A stretch of 64,000 nucleotides of DNA. It comes from Callorhinchus milii (taxonomy: Eukaryota). The stretch is from NCBI RefSeq assembly GCF_018977255.1, contig NW_024704742.1, forward strand, positions 84,012,001 to 84,076,000, read 5' to 3'. The translations under genes were made by a program, and so were the position numbers. Shown one piece after another: positions 1 to 13,077 of this stretch (positions are counted from its first letter, which is position 1; each line of letters opens with the position of its first letter). The notes below the pieces were generated by a model. The model was given only the letters and a program-made list of their open reading frames with translations, did no database searches and was not told the DNA's origin.

Positions 1-1593
1 TATCACAGACATTGTCAACCTGTCTCTCTCCTCTGGCTTTGTTCCCATTCCCCTAAAACTGCCACCATTACTCCACCTTGAAAAAACCCTCCCTTGATGC
101 GTCGCAGCTATCAAGCCACCGGTCCATCTCCAACATCCCCTTCCTGTCCAAGGTCCTTGAAAGAGTTGTCGCCTCCCAGCTGCGCTCTTTCCTCTCCACC
201 CATTCATTATTCGAACCCCTTCAGTCGGGTTTCCGTGCTGCCCATAGCACAGAAACTGCCCTGGTCAAGGTCACCAATGACATCCTGACCATCTGCGACC
301 AGGGCTCCCTCTGCCTCCTCGTCCTCCTCGACCTATCGGCAGCATTCGATACGGTCGACCACGCTATCCTCCTCCACCGCTTGTCCTCCCACCTCAACCT
401 TCAAGGCCCTGTCCTTGAGTGGTTTAGGTTGTACCTCTCCCACCCTCTTCACTTTGTTTCCACGAATGGTTTTTCCTCCGGCCCCCGCACTGTCTTGTGC
501 GGTGTCCCTCAGGGCTCTGTCCTCGGTCCCCTCCTCTTCACCCTCTATATGCTCCCCCTTGGTGACATCATCCGCAGACATGGGGTTAACTTCCACATGT
601 ATGCGGATGACACCCAACTCTACCTTTCCTCCTCTACCCTCAACTCCACGACCACCGATGTCCTGACAGCTGCCTGTCCGACATCGAGTCCTGGACGAGA
701 GACAACTTTCTTCAGCTCAACGTGCGTAAAACTGAGGCCCTCCTGATTGGCTCACGTCAGCGCCTCCGCACCTCAGGCGCTGACAGCATCAGCATCCAAG
801 GCTGCACTCTCCACCTCTCAAAGCCAGTCAGGAACCTCGGGTTCTGTTCGACCCTGAGCTGTCCTTTCCCCCTCATATCCATGCCACAACTGGCACCGCC
901 TTCCATCACCTCCGGAACATCGCCAGACTACGGCACTACCTCACCCCTCACGCTGCTGAAACTCTGGTCCACGCCTTTATCACCTCAAGGCTGGACTATG
1001 GGAACTCTCTCCTCGCCGGCCTTCCCGGCACCTCCCTCCACAAGCTGCAGGTCATTCAGAACTCTGCAGCTCGTGTACTGTCCCGCACCAGGCTTCGTGA
1101 CCACATCACTCCCACCCTCGCTCGCCTCCACTGGCTCCCCACCCCCAGAGGATCGAATTCAAGATCCTCATCCTCACCTACAAGGCCATTCACGGCCTTG
1201 CTCCCTCCTACCTCTCCGACCTACTATCCCCCTACTTACCTGCCCGTACCCTCCGTTCCTCTGGCTCCGGTCTGCTCCACATCCCCCGCCCCAACTGCCC
1301 TACCATCGGTGGCCGGACCTTCAGCCTCTCAGCCCCTAGGCTCTGGAACTCTATCCCCCAGTGCCTTCACCGCCTCCTCCCTTTCCTCCTTCAAGGCCGG
1401 TCTCAAGACCTTTCTCTTTGACCATGCCTTCAGCTCCCCTCTCGACTCTCTACCCCCTCCTCGCTCCCTCCCTTCCCTCCCCTCACCCTGACCATTTCCC
1501 CTCTGCTCGGGTCCTGACCCAACTGTACAGCGCCTTGGGACGTCCTCCCGACGTGAAAGGCACTCAATAAATGGAATCTTGTTGTTGTTGTTG
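1..1593 (+). mobile_element. L2-clade LINE: 3' part of ORF2 (RT domain, frameshifted) plus 3' UTR and (TTG)n tail; continues off the left edge
   Basis: ORF 78-746 has RT motifs [38 protein letters not shown] and YADDTQLY; 3' stem-loop ACGTC-CTCCC-GACGT near 1540; (TTG)n at about 1579-1593. Confidence 0.95.
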
Positions 1594-1815
1594 AGCTTCC
1601 AGCCACTACAACCCAAAGCTTTGGAACTCTTTCCCCCAATACATCCGCCTTGCCCCACACTTCCCCTCTTTTAGATCAGGACTGAACACCCTCCCCTTTG
1701 TCCGTACTTAGGATCACCTCCTCCCTCCCCCCCAGCTCAGCATCAAACTCTGCCACTGTTAAGCGTTCCGAGATGCTGCCCCATGTGAATGGGGCTATAT
1801 AAATGCTGGTTGTTC
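1594..1815 (+). mobile_element. Older L2 3' fragment
   Basis: cagccactacaacccaaagctttggaactc resembles the L2 ORF2 end; terminates in tataaatgctggttgtt like the other L2 tails. Confidence 0.65.
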
Positions 1816-2263
1816 AGGGAGTAGAAATAGCTGATCCACACGGTGACAGTGAACACAGCTCAATAACATTCAATTTGGTTTTGGAAACGGCACAGCCACA
1901 AAAAAACAAACTCTAATGTATAACTTTAGATGGGCAAACTTCAGGGGTATGAGAGCTGAGCTCAGATGTAAAGACTTGGAGAACGTTTTAAACGTCTACT
2001 TACAGAAAGTTCTCCCAGTATTTAACTCATTCTTTTGTAAGATTCATCGTTCTGGTGTGTATTTCTTGCTAGCTTTATATTATTCCATCTGTTTGTTAAC
2101 AAATCAATTTGGTTCAATTCGCAAAAGTCCAAGTCACATCACATTGCTTCTGTCTTCTAATAGACACTGGAGAATAGCCAGAGACTTTGTGATATTTATT
2201 ATCAAAAATGATTGCGTTAGATCTGGTGAAAATCAGGCAATGTGAAATAGTACCTGTTACCTC

Positions 2264-2375
2264 CACCCCTCTTGATCCCAACCACCAGCTCGGGTCCAAA
2301 TCTCTGACTGTCCAGCACCTCGGAACATCCTCCCGACATGAAAGGCACTAAACAAATGTAACTTGTTTTTGTTTT
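2264..2375 (+). mobile_element. L2 3' tail fragment
   Basis: gacatcctcccgacatgaaaggcac stem-loop followed by a T/G-rich tail. Confidence 0.8.
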
Positions 2376-2693
2376 CACGATATTTGTGCGGATTCCACCA
2401 AAAAACGTCAGATAGATAGACAATGTCTGCTTATGTGTATTGTCTGCAAGCTTTGGCATAAGAAAAGTCTTTGAATTGTAAAGACCTCAGTAAATCCTTG
2501 TCTCTTAGTCCACTGAGCTTAACATGACACTGTGCTATATTATACCTTTGGTATTACTTGTTACAGAAAGCTGCAGAAGGTCAAAAACAAGGGCTTACTT
2601 TCTGGCTATTTAAGCTGCTCAAAACAATTATTGCACAATAAATTGTGGCATAGCCTACTCTGGATTAACATTGAAGTCGTGTGATACTTATTG

Positions 2694-3879
2694 CTGGACC
2701 AATATAAAATCACACCCATGATATTTTTGTGGAATCTGCACAAAAATCACGAAAACAACAACAAATCACATTTGTATAGCAGCTTTCATGTCGGGAGGAT
2801 GTCCCAAGGTGCCGGAAAGTCAGAGATTTGGATCCGAGCTGGTGGTTGGGATCAGGAGGGTAGGGGTTAGAAGGGTGACCAAAGGCACGGTCGAAGAGGA
2901 GGATCTTAAGATGGGCCCTGACAGAGGGAAGGGAGGGAGCGAGATGAAGGGACTGTAGGATGGAGTTCCAAAGGATGGGACCAGAAAAGCTGAAGACCCG
3001 ACCACTGATGATGGAGCGGGCCAGGCGGGGGTTAGTGAGCAGCCCTGAGCCTGCTGAGTGGAGGGAGCGAAGGGAGTGAATATGCAACCGCCAATGCCTG
3101 CCCTTTGTATGTGTGCTACTGTGAGTGGAGTGACTCTGGACGGTGGTGTTGGGATTGTGGCAGCTATGTGGTCAGGAAACGGCTGTCGCAAGCCCAGGTC
3201 CCCAGCCATGATCACTCATTAGCGACCAAAACCCATTTCTGGCCCACACTACTACCACAATACCAACACCACCCTTGTGAACATATGAGTCCAGAGCGAT
3301 TCCATCCACAGTAGTGCACACACAGGTGTTGAGTAGACTTCATGCTTATGGTTTTCTGGCTTCGCTCACTGGTGTGTGATGGTGGCTCAGGAGCCTGGGC
3401 TAGCGACAGCCCACTCCCAGGTGCAGGTCTCCCTGCTGAGATTGTCTGTGTGCGTGTCTCTCTCGCCTCCGTATTTGTGTGTCTCTGTTCGTGACTGTAT
3501 GTCTCTCTCTGTCTCTGTAAGTGTGTATGTGTGTGTGTCCCTCTCTCTGGGTAACTGTGTGCAGTGGTAGCCCCAAGAGGCAAGAGGTGGTGACTTCCAG
3601 TAGCCCCACAGTCAGGACACTGGTGAGCTTGGTGAGCAATGCTGGTGTTCAGCAGATCTCCAGGCCTTCCAATGTAGTCCGTGGTGGAAATGAACCATTT
3701 GCAACAATCTTATTGCTATTTCTTCATGTTTAGTTTTTATCAATAAACTGAAAACATGTAGATTGGCAGTAAAATGTGCCTCCCAATAGCACCCATCAAC
3801 TACCTACAATTTTCCACAAAATTTGAAAATTTTTCACGCAATGTCTGGTAAATATTTCCGCAATTTTCTGTTAGCCCTG
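2694..3879 (-). mobile_element. Non-autonomous hAT-like DNA transposon (copy 1), interrupted by an L2 at about 2754-3087
   Basis: Ends ctggaccaatataaaa (2694) and reverse complement cagggctaacagaaaa (3879) form imperfect TIRs; flanks cttattg / cttatctg resemble a decayed TSD; interior aligns in reverse to 23537-24397. Confidence 0.65.
2754..3087 (-). mobile_element. L2 3' fragment, 5'-truncated
   Basis: ORF 2710-3087 (RSLHSAGSGLL..GRVFSFSGPILWNSI) matches the L2 ORF2 C-terminus; (CAA)n tail at 2754. Confidence 0.9.
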
Positions 3880-4663
3880 CTTATCTGTTATTATAGATAA
3901 GTTGTGTTTTTGAGTGGCTACAATCTTCACTTTTTACATAGAATTAAATAAACGTTGCAGCTATTTGGACAACTAGTTTTGCATCAACCACAGCTTCCGG
4001 CAGGCATTCTCATTAAAGTATTTTTTGGGTCTATTTACAGATATGCAATACATGTCATTTCTGTGGAAACGGCAAAAGCTGACCAGATGGGGTAGATGAT
4101 ATCATGTTAAGTTCCTATGTCGCAATATCCTACACGTTATATTTGTGAAGAAAGTCAAACATGTTTTGTCAAGATCATTAAAAGAAAAATACACATATTT
4201 ATTGAACTCCAAAGGAACATATATTGTCACATTTCTTTCTGAGTATCTATAATTTTCTAATGAGATGCTGTCCTTGTGTTTTTGATATAGAGCCTTATCA
4301 CATTGCTATCCTGCATGATAGGCACTATATAAGTGCAAGTTGCAGTTTTCATAACATCAAATGCCTGTGGCTTGAGACCCTGTGGAAAGATTTAGGTGCT
4401 CAAAGGGATCTATACGTTTTCAAGATCTGGATGCCTCAAACAACATGACAGAAATCTGAGGGTGAAAAAAGCTCATAGACTCCACACGCAGAACCAATCC
4501 CATCATGATAGTTTCAGTGGGCAATGCTAAAATGTTGTTGCTGCTCTAGAGAGCAAAGATCATTTGACAATCTTTTGTCATCTTAGGGTGGATTGTTTAG
4601 ATCTGAATTATTTCTGAGCTTTAGACAAATCCTCCAATTTTGCTGCATAGCATACTCACATTG

Positions 4664-6131
4664 TAAGAACATAAGAAAATAAGAATTAGGAGCAGGAGTA
4701 GGCCATTCGGCCCTTCGAGCCTGTCCCGCCATTCGATAAGATCATGGCTGATCTTCTGACTTAACTCCAATTACCTGCCCTATCCCCATATCCCCTAATC
4801 CCCCTATTTTTAAAATATCTATCAGTCTTCTGGGGTAGTCAATTCCATAAATTCACTACCCTCTGAGTGAAGAAATGTTTCCTCAACTCTGTTCTAAAAG
4901 GCTGACACTTAATTTTAAGATTGTGACCCCTGGTTATAGATTCTCCTACCAGGGGAAACAATCCCTTAGTGTCTACTTTATCCAACCCTTTAAGAACCTT
5001 ATATGTTTCAATACGATCTCCCCTAATTCTTCTGTATTCTAGAGAATACAGCCCTAGTTTATTCAGCCTATCCTCATAGATCAGTCCCCTCATCCCAGGA
5101 ACTAACCAAGTGAATCTACGCTGCACCCCCTCTCGGGCAAGTATGTCCTTTTTTAAATAAGGAGACCAAAACTGCACACAATACTCTAGTTGCGGTCTCA
5201 CCAAGGCCCTGTACAGTTGCAGCAAGACTTCCCTACTCTTGTACCCTAAACCGTTTGCAATGAATGCTAAGATGCCGTTCGCCTTCGAAATTGCTTGCTG
5301 GACCTGCAAACTAACGTTTTGAGACTGGCGTACAAGGACACCTAAGTCCCTCTTATCACTAACACTATCTAATCTCTCCCTCTCTAGAAAATAATCTGTT
5401 TTTCTATTTTTGCTACCTAGGTGAATAACTTCACACTTGCCGACATTAAATTCCATCTGCCACCTACTCGCCCACTCCCCTAGCCTATCTATATCCTGTT
5501 GCAATCTTTTTGCATCATCCTCAGAGCTTACTCTCCCACCTAGTTTAGTGTCATCCACGAATTTACATTACGTTACATTCAATGTCCTCGTCTAGATCAA
5601 TTGTAAATTGTAAATAGCTGAGGCCCAAGCACTGATCCTTGTGGCAGTCCACTAGTCACATCCTGCCAATTCGAGAATGACACGTTTATCCCTACTCTCA
5701 GTTTTCTACCTGTTAGCCACTCTTCAATCCATGCTAATATGTTCCCATTAATCCTGTGGGCCTTAATGTTGTGCAATAGCCTTTTGTGTGGCACTTTGTC
5801 AAATGTCTTCTTAAAATCTAAATATACTACATCTACTGGTTCCCCCCTATCTAACCTGTTAGATACATCTTCAAAAAACTCTAAAAGATTAGTTAAGCAT
5901 GACGTCCCTTTTGTAAAGTCATGTTGACTCTGCCTAATCTTGTTATGGTCTTCCAGGAATCCCATAACAACATCCTTAATTAACGACTCAAGAATTTTCC
6001 CTACCACTGATGTCAGATTAACTGGTCTATAGTTCCCATCTTTTCTCTCCCACCCTTCTTAAATAGTGGTGTTACATTTGCAATCTTCCAATCAATGGGA
6101 ACCGTTCCAGAATCCAGAGAATTTTGGAAGA
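4664..6131 (-). mobile_element. CR1-clade LINE, 5'-truncated, disrupted RT and 3' UTR
   Basis: ORFs 5597-6007 ([36 protein letters not shown]) and 4839-5558 (DDTKLGG, LVRPQLEYCVQFWSP, FFTQRVVNLWN); TTCTTATG-like repeated tail at 4664-4685. Confidence 0.95.
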
Positions 6132-6145
6132 TCAAAGAGAAGCCA

Positions 6146-6255
6146 TAATAATAATAATCCTTGCTTTTGATATAGCGTCTTATCACGTCTTCGAGACATC
6201 TCAAAACGCTTCACAGAATATACTGTAAAGTGAATTGACTTTTGTGGGTGAAACA
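6146..6255 (-). mobile_element. SINE 3' tail fragment
   Basis: (AAT)n plus ccttgcttttgatatagcg..cacgtcttcgagacatctc, shared with the full SINE copies. Confidence 0.8.
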
Positions 6256-7320
6256 TGTATGTAAAAAGCACATTCTCATGTACTAAAATGCCTTTCTGGG
6301 TACAGCAGTGAGGAGGAGGAGGTTGTATTTACCTCGGCACAGATTCCAGCTCAATCACCTACCAGTGACTTTATGCACTCTGTATCTAAACATTAGTTAT
6401 AGCTATGCCCGCCATCAGGAAATGTAAATAAACTGAGAGCAGAACACGCTGAATCACTCGATCACTGAATCACAATATGAAGTATGTCTTTTAAAAGCCC
6501 ATCCCTCCAGAACACCCACCCTCCCATCACAAGCTGTTTTTTTCAATGAGTCCAGCATCTTGGCCTCAACCACCAGGCAACTTGTCCAGTTGTTTATTAG
6601 CCCCTGGGTAAAAAAGTACAATACTTCTGAAATTACTTTCAGCAACCCGAATAATAATAATAATTCTTGCATTTGATACAGCACCTTATCACGTTGTCAA
6701 AATGTCCCAAAGAGCTTCACGGGATATACCGTAAAATGGATGTATACTTTGTGGGTGAACTGCAGCAGCCAGGTTGTGCACAACAATGCCCTACAAACAG
6801 CCACAAAGTGAGTGACCAATTTTATTTGGGGAATTTATTGGCCAGGAGAAACTCCCGGTGTCCTTGCTTAAACCTCAAATGACCAGATAGTGACTATCCT
6901 TTTTGGGTGGGGTGGGGGGCGGCTAAACTGACTCCAAGGTTTCGTACTTGGCAATGGAGTGTCGCAATCGAGTCAATCCTCTGTGTCATACATCCCTTTG
7001 TCCTACATATTCTGGGATGTAATCTAATAGTAATACACAGATTTATTACAGGATTTGTGAATATGAAATGCTGTGTGTACTCGGATAAATCTCTTACTGG
7101 AACTGCACTCAAATGCTGATCTCAGCCGATCTCTTGTCGGGTGCCCAAATTCTCCTGTGGCTGCAATCCGACATTCTTGAAGTTAGAAATTAGTTTCAGT
7201 TTCCGAGCGGAGTTATGGTGGATCTGCCTGAGACACATCTGGACATGTGCAGGACTCTATGTCTATGACATCTTTTCCAAATCTCTGAATTATAGATCCC
7301 AGTGTAAATGGGGGAGATGT

Positions 7321-7640
7321 GGAGTCTTGTAGCATATTGATTAGAGTACTCACTAGCAAGTGAGAAGACCTGGCTTAAATTCCCAGATGGGGCGAAACCT
7401 TAGGCAAGTTTCCTTACTCCACATGCCTCTGTTTACCCAGCAATAAGTAGTAACTTTGTTGTTAGTCGATTGACGGATTGCTTTCTGGGGGTAATTATCC
7501 CTTCCCCAAAAAATAATATGGTCACTCAATCCATGACTGTTTGTGGGATACCAGTGTGTGTAATTGGCTGCCATATTTCTCATACAAAATATATATTCAA
7601 CGTGATAAGGCGCTATGTCAAATGCAATAATTATTATCAC
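7321..7640 (+). mobile_element. tRNA-derived CORE-like SINE, long variant
   Basis: Degenerate tRNA-like head (ggagtcttgtagc..ttagagtactc), ccttaggcaagtttcc..gcctctgtttacc central domain, L2-type tail ending in (ATT)n. Confidence 0.85.
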
Positions 7641-7898
7641 AACACAAGATACTGCAGAAGCTGGAAATCTGAAACAAAAACAGAAGTCACTGGGAACACT
7701 CAGCAAATCAGACAGCATCTATGCAGAAAGGAAAGTGAGTCAATGTTTCGGGTCCACGATCCTTCGTCAGAACAGTGTTCCGACGAAGGGTCAACAGTGT
7801 TCTGACGAAGGGTCGTGGAGCCGAAACATTGACTCACTTTCCTTTCTCCATAGATGCTGCCTGACCTGCTGAGTGTTTCCAGCGACTTCTGTTTTTGT
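7641..7898. mobile_element. Palindromic non-autonomous element with a hammerhead-like motif in each arm (Penelope-like derivative)
   Basis: About 100-bp inverted arms (7674-7774 and 7798-7898); + strand CTGACGA-A-GGGTC-GTG-GAGCC-GAAAC at 7802-7827; mirror motif on the - strand at 7745-7770. Confidence 0.75.
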
Positions 7899-8169
7899 AA
7901 TAATAATAATTATTATAATAATAATTATTATTATTATGGCATTTGCGTTAAACAGAACACCCACCCAAAATAAAATTTTAAAATTGTTTATTCACTTCAT
8001 GGCTGTTTGTGGGACATTGCTGTGTGCAGATTAGCTGCCATGTTCGCCCACAAAACACGTAGTCACAGCATTTTACAGTGTATCTTGTGAAACACTTTGG
8101 GATATCCTCCCAAAATATCCAGCCAAATGTAAGGATCATTATTTTAACAGCAACCACGTGTGAATCACC

Positions 8170-8552
8170 TTTGAGCACATGCTGGAAACATTTGTAACAT
8201 CTCAAAGCACTTCATAATGCTTCTGTAAAGAGCAATGACTAAGTACGTGTAGGTGGAACATGCACACAGCAATTTCCCACAAACAGCAATGAATAATTTT
8301 ATTGGGGGAATTGTTGGCTAGAATACCAGGAGAAACTCCCTTTTCTTTTCAAATAGTGCCTTGGGATCTTTAATGTCCACCTGAACAAGCAGAAGGGATC
8401 TCTGCTTAATATCTTGTCCAAAGGACAGCACCTCCAACAATGCAGCACTACCTCAGCACTGCACTGGAGTGTTAGCATGGAATGTGAACTCACAGTCTCG
8501 ACCTGGGACCTGAACCCACAATCTACTGACCCAGAGACAAGAGAGCCAGCCA
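8170..8552 (-). mobile_element. Deu-domain SINE (SacSINE1/AmnSINE1-like)
   Basis: Reverse of gctaacactccagtgcagtgctgagg..ttaaagatcccaaggcactatttgaaaag..ggagtttctcctgg, resembling the Deu domain as I recall it; tRNA-like head near 8500-8550. Confidence 0.75.
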
Positions 8553-9159
8553 GTCTGATACTTTTGGTAAGCATTTGTAGCTTCAGAAAGTTGTGCATAC
8601 GCAGCACATATTTGTGCTTCCTGCATGAAATGCGGCTTCTTATGGTGACCATGGTAGCTGCTGTCACCTTTGAAAACACAGTGGCAGCTGAATGAAAGGG
8701 GTGAAATTAATGGCAGTGGGATCAGGTTAAGAACATAATGAAACCTTTCCAATTGGGTGGAACAATCATTAACGAAATGCAAAAACATAAGATTGCAAGA
8801 TAGTGATGCCACTTCACTTCGCGGGTTCTGCTTGAAAATGCTCGCATTGTAGCTACTAATATTTCCTCCGGAATCTCCGTGCTCTTCGTTAGTTACTGAG
8901 GTGGGATTTATTGCACACTTAGTCTGTGATGGATTGTGCTCTGATGGGCTGTTTTCATATGCAAGGACATAGTTCAGAAGGTATGGAAGCTTGTTTTCCT
9001 TTCCCCCTGTTACTGGCTAGTTCAACAACTCCTAAAGTGGTAATGTGATCTTGATCTGTCATATTCAAGAAGCTCTGGTGACAGGATTCAGCCAGGGTGA
9101 TATTTGTGCCTCTGACACAATGTGTGGATTCTTGCTGCTGGCAATGTTATTATGGGACA

Positions 9160-9382
9160 TTCCTACAATTAATCTCAGCATCTTCCTGGCCTGGGGGCAA
9201 GTGTGGGGACGAATGGACCACAGTTCCTTCTTCTGATCACTATGTAGTAACAATACCCCCTTCCCCCATCTCTATTGGAAAGTGTATGTGTGTGGATGTT
9301 GGTGAACAATGTCAGGTTTGACTGTGATGCTTCTCTTCTTGCTGTAACACACACAATCAATTCACTTGCCAGTATTCACTGT
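9160..9382 (+). mobile_element. Old AmnSINE2-like SINE fragment
   Basis: tacaattaatctcagc..tctgatcactat..ggaaagtgtatgtgtgtggatgttgg..gactgtgatgc; homologous to 49860-50100. Confidence 0.55.
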
Positions 9383-10949
9383 TCACTGTCCCATATTTAG
9401 AAAGTACATTGGACTCATTTTAAGAAAAGCTTGATGCTGTAGTGGGAGGACAGTAGGATGGGTGTCTTGGAAGGATGAGATCTTGTGAGACTGAAGCCAA
9501 TTTCCCTGGATGCACACACTGGGTATCACTATTGCTCCTTCTTCCAATCTGGTATGTTTGTCAAAGTCACATTTGCACATAATTTATGAGAGGCATGTAG
9601 GAAAAGATCATATTTAAATATCAGCTTTTTGCAATGTTACAATTTGAAAGGGAAATTATTGTGAGCCTTATTTGTCTACCATGGCATCTAAAAGTCAGTA
9701 CACTCCAGATCTTTGACTCTGATCAGTGCTCAGATATGAGTTTAAATATTGTAACTCTATGTTTGATGAGGAGGATTCCTTGGAGAAACTCGGCTTTACT
9801 CAGTAGGTGCTTTCTCTTGTAGGCTTGGTGCTACTGGAGCACCTTGCAATACATCGTAACCGTTAGTTATTGTATCATTAACCAGAAGTTCCTGAAAGTA
9901 AAAGATTGCACGATCCAACACATGCCAGACAGCAAGTCCACTAAAACTGTTTCAATAGTGCTGTTCTTCCATTGTGGAGACACCCCTTTTCTCTGCTTTA
10001 CCTGACTGCATATGACAGAAGCGGATATGATTCGTCCACAATGTAAAGGCTTAATAATATAAAATGTACCTATTAAAAATGTCAATGTGAAATTGTAAAT
10101 GAACATGGAATGGATGCAAGCAACCAGCAAACTCTCAGATGTTATGAGCGGTTGGAGGTTAAAAATTGAAATTTGCACTTTTGCTCATCATTGTTGAAAT
10201 GTCTCAAAACACATCAGTAATTGCTGTCAAATGCAATGACTGGTTTGTGACCCAAACAGGCAAACAATGATGAATGTATCTAGAGGATTGATGGCTGGAA
10301 CACTGAGAGGGAAACTAGTTTCTCTTTTCAATGAGTGCCACGGGATTGCAAACATCCATCTGAAGAACAGAACAGACAGGATCACATTTTAAATGCAAAG
10401 CCTTGCTAGAGGGAGCGAGATTTGACTCATTTTTGCCTTTTGAAGAATTGAATGCATAAGAACTTCATTAAGGCATGGATGGATCATAATGAACGCCCTC
10501 TGGACTTTTAAAATCTCTTCAAATATTGGCTTTGATTCATGCATCTGATGTGGTAACTTCAGACCATTGTGCGAGTTTTTCACCTCTCAATGTAGCAGTT
10601 ATCCTATTCTTGTGTGGCTCTGTGCCTGGACTTAGTCACAGGAATGATAAATACCCACTTCAAATGCTTCCCCATAAAGGTAATGGCGAGTCCTGTCAGG
10701 AATGATCAAATACTGCATTGAAGAAAACTAACTGTATCATTATGGATGACATAAAAAATAAAGCTGGGGAAAAATTTAATTTAATAGATCATTGCCCAAA
10801 AGATGATTTTGCTTCCTCTCTCCCTTCTTTCAAGATCAATCTCAAAATATACCTCTTCAACTCTGCTTCCCTTACAGTCCCCACCCCCTCCACACACCCC
10901 ACCCACACTCCCGGTTCTCATCCCAGCTCAGAAGCCTATCTGCAATGTG

Positions 10950-11985
10950 GAACAACAACAACAAGATTACATTTGTATAGCGTCTTTCACATCGGGAGAA
11001 TGTCCCAAGGTGCTGGACAGGGTACAGCATTTCAGACCCGAGCTGGGGTCGAGGGTGGAAGGGAGAGGAGGGGAAGGGGAGTGGCCGATGTCATGGTCAA
11101 AGAGGAGGGTCTTGAGGCAGGACGTGAAGGAGGCTAAGGAGGAGGCGAGGCAAAGTGACTGGGGGATGGAATTCCAGAGTTTGGGGGCAGAGTGACTGAA
11201 GGCTCTCCTGCCAATGGTGGGCGGTTGGGATGGGGGACGTGGAGCAGGCCAGAGCCGGCTGAGCGGAGGGAATGGGTGGGTTGGTAGGGGGTTAGGAGTT
11301 CACCGAGGTAGGGTGGGGCGAGGCCATGGAGGGCTTTGTATGTGAGGACCAGGATCTTGAACTGGGTCCTCTCAAGGATAAGGAGCCAATGGAGTCGGGT
11401 GAGAGTGGGGGAGATGGGGTCACAGAGTTTGGTGCGGGAGAGGACACAGGCTGCAGAGTTCTGGATTATCTGCAGCCTGTGGAGGGAGGAGTTGGGAAGG
11501 CCGACAAGCAGGGCGTTTGCATAGTCAAGTCTGGATGTGATGAAGGCATGAACAAGAGTTTCAGCGGCCTGAGGGGTGAGGTAGTGGCGGAGTCGGGCGA
11601 TGTTACGGAGGTGAGGGAAGGCAGAGCAGGTCATGGCTTGAATGTGGGGGGAAAAAAAACAGTTGAGGGTCGAACAAGACACCTCGGTTCCTGACTGGTT
11701 TGGTGAGTTGAAGTGTGCAACCGTGGAGGTTGATGTTGCCAGAGCCTGAGGTGCAGAGGCGCTGCCAATCAGGAGGGCCTCAGTCTTGTTCACATTCAAC
11801 TGTAGAGAATTTGCCCTCATCCAGGACTTGATGTCCGACAGGCAGTCTGTCAGCACAGCAGTGGTCCTGAAGTTGAGGGTGGAGGCAGAAAGAAAAGGTG
11901 TTGAAAAGGTGTGGAAGTTGATTCCATGTCTGCGGTTGATGTCACCAAGGGGGAGCATGTAGGTGTTAAAGAGCACCTTTGAGAT
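10950..11985 (-). mobile_element. L2 LINE, 5'-truncated
   Basis: ORF 11134-12132 ([53 protein letters not shown]); (CAA)n tail at 10951. Confidence 0.92.
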
Positions 11986-13077
11986 AACTCCCAATCGCAC
12001 CCCCCCACCCCCTTCCGCCACCCCCTCATGAAAGGCGCCACATAAATGGAAATTGTATTGCACTTTATTGGGATTGCATGCATTATTTGCTGATTTGGCC
12101 TTATTAAAAGAGATGAATAAAAGTGAAGACAAAGTTACAGGAAAGCGTTGCTTATAATTATTAAAGGCAATGCCTCTCGATCACTATAAGAGCATGAAGC
12201 AGTCTTGCACTCTTGACAATAATATTGGTATCAATGGAAATCTCTCACAGCTTTCCTCTTGTAAAACAGAGCTGCTTGACACATTAAATGAAACCCATAC
12301 CATCATATTGCGACCATCTTATTTTCCTTCTTCAAAATGAAAATACCATATTTACTTTCAAGTTCTGATTTAATTCTCGAACAAAAATCCAAAGCAAAAC
12401 ACGTTACACTTTCAGCAATTACTCACCTTTAACTTTCAAGGAAATCTAGAGCTGCACCATGCTAACAGAAATCTGAAGTCATTCTTTGTGTCTGTCTTTA
12501 ATGTAGCCTATGTTTATCTAGCCAGCGAGTGAAATCGCAATATTGAAAGTGCAATATCTGCACACTGGAAGATTGTATGTTAATTGGGACGTGAATGAAA
12601 TTGCAGGATTCACGATGAAATTCATTTTAAAAAATCAGAAAAAAAATTCTGGTAGAAAGACTGGCAAATTTGCTTCCTGGCTTTGGTCAGAGGTTTTGGG
12701 CCATTTCTGTGTCAAAAGAATAATCCTAAAGAGAGAAAGAAAAACTGTGTTCCAAAACTGCAACAACAACAATTTACATTAATATAGTGCCTTTCACTTC
12801 AGGAGGACGTCACATGGTGTTAGTAACATCTATGTTATGCTTCAGGTTTCAGTAAAAACCTTGTGTAAGTACAGTAATTCCTCCAATTTTCTAAGGGCAG
12901 AAAGGATTTTATACCAGATTTTATGATACCTTAAACAAAGAGAAACAGACCATTCAGAATTCCTTCACCCCCTCCCTCCCCCCCCCACCCACAATTCAGT
13001 ACATGATACGCACGTGTTTGTGCGCTAACAGCACAATAGCAGGAATTGGGCAAATACAATTGATGAAGTTGTTATCA

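Noticed and set aside
78..746. Intact reverse transcriptase gene
   Set aside because: The frame shifts after the YADD region and again downstream; this is a retrotransposon relic. The same applies to the CR1 ORFs at 4839-6007
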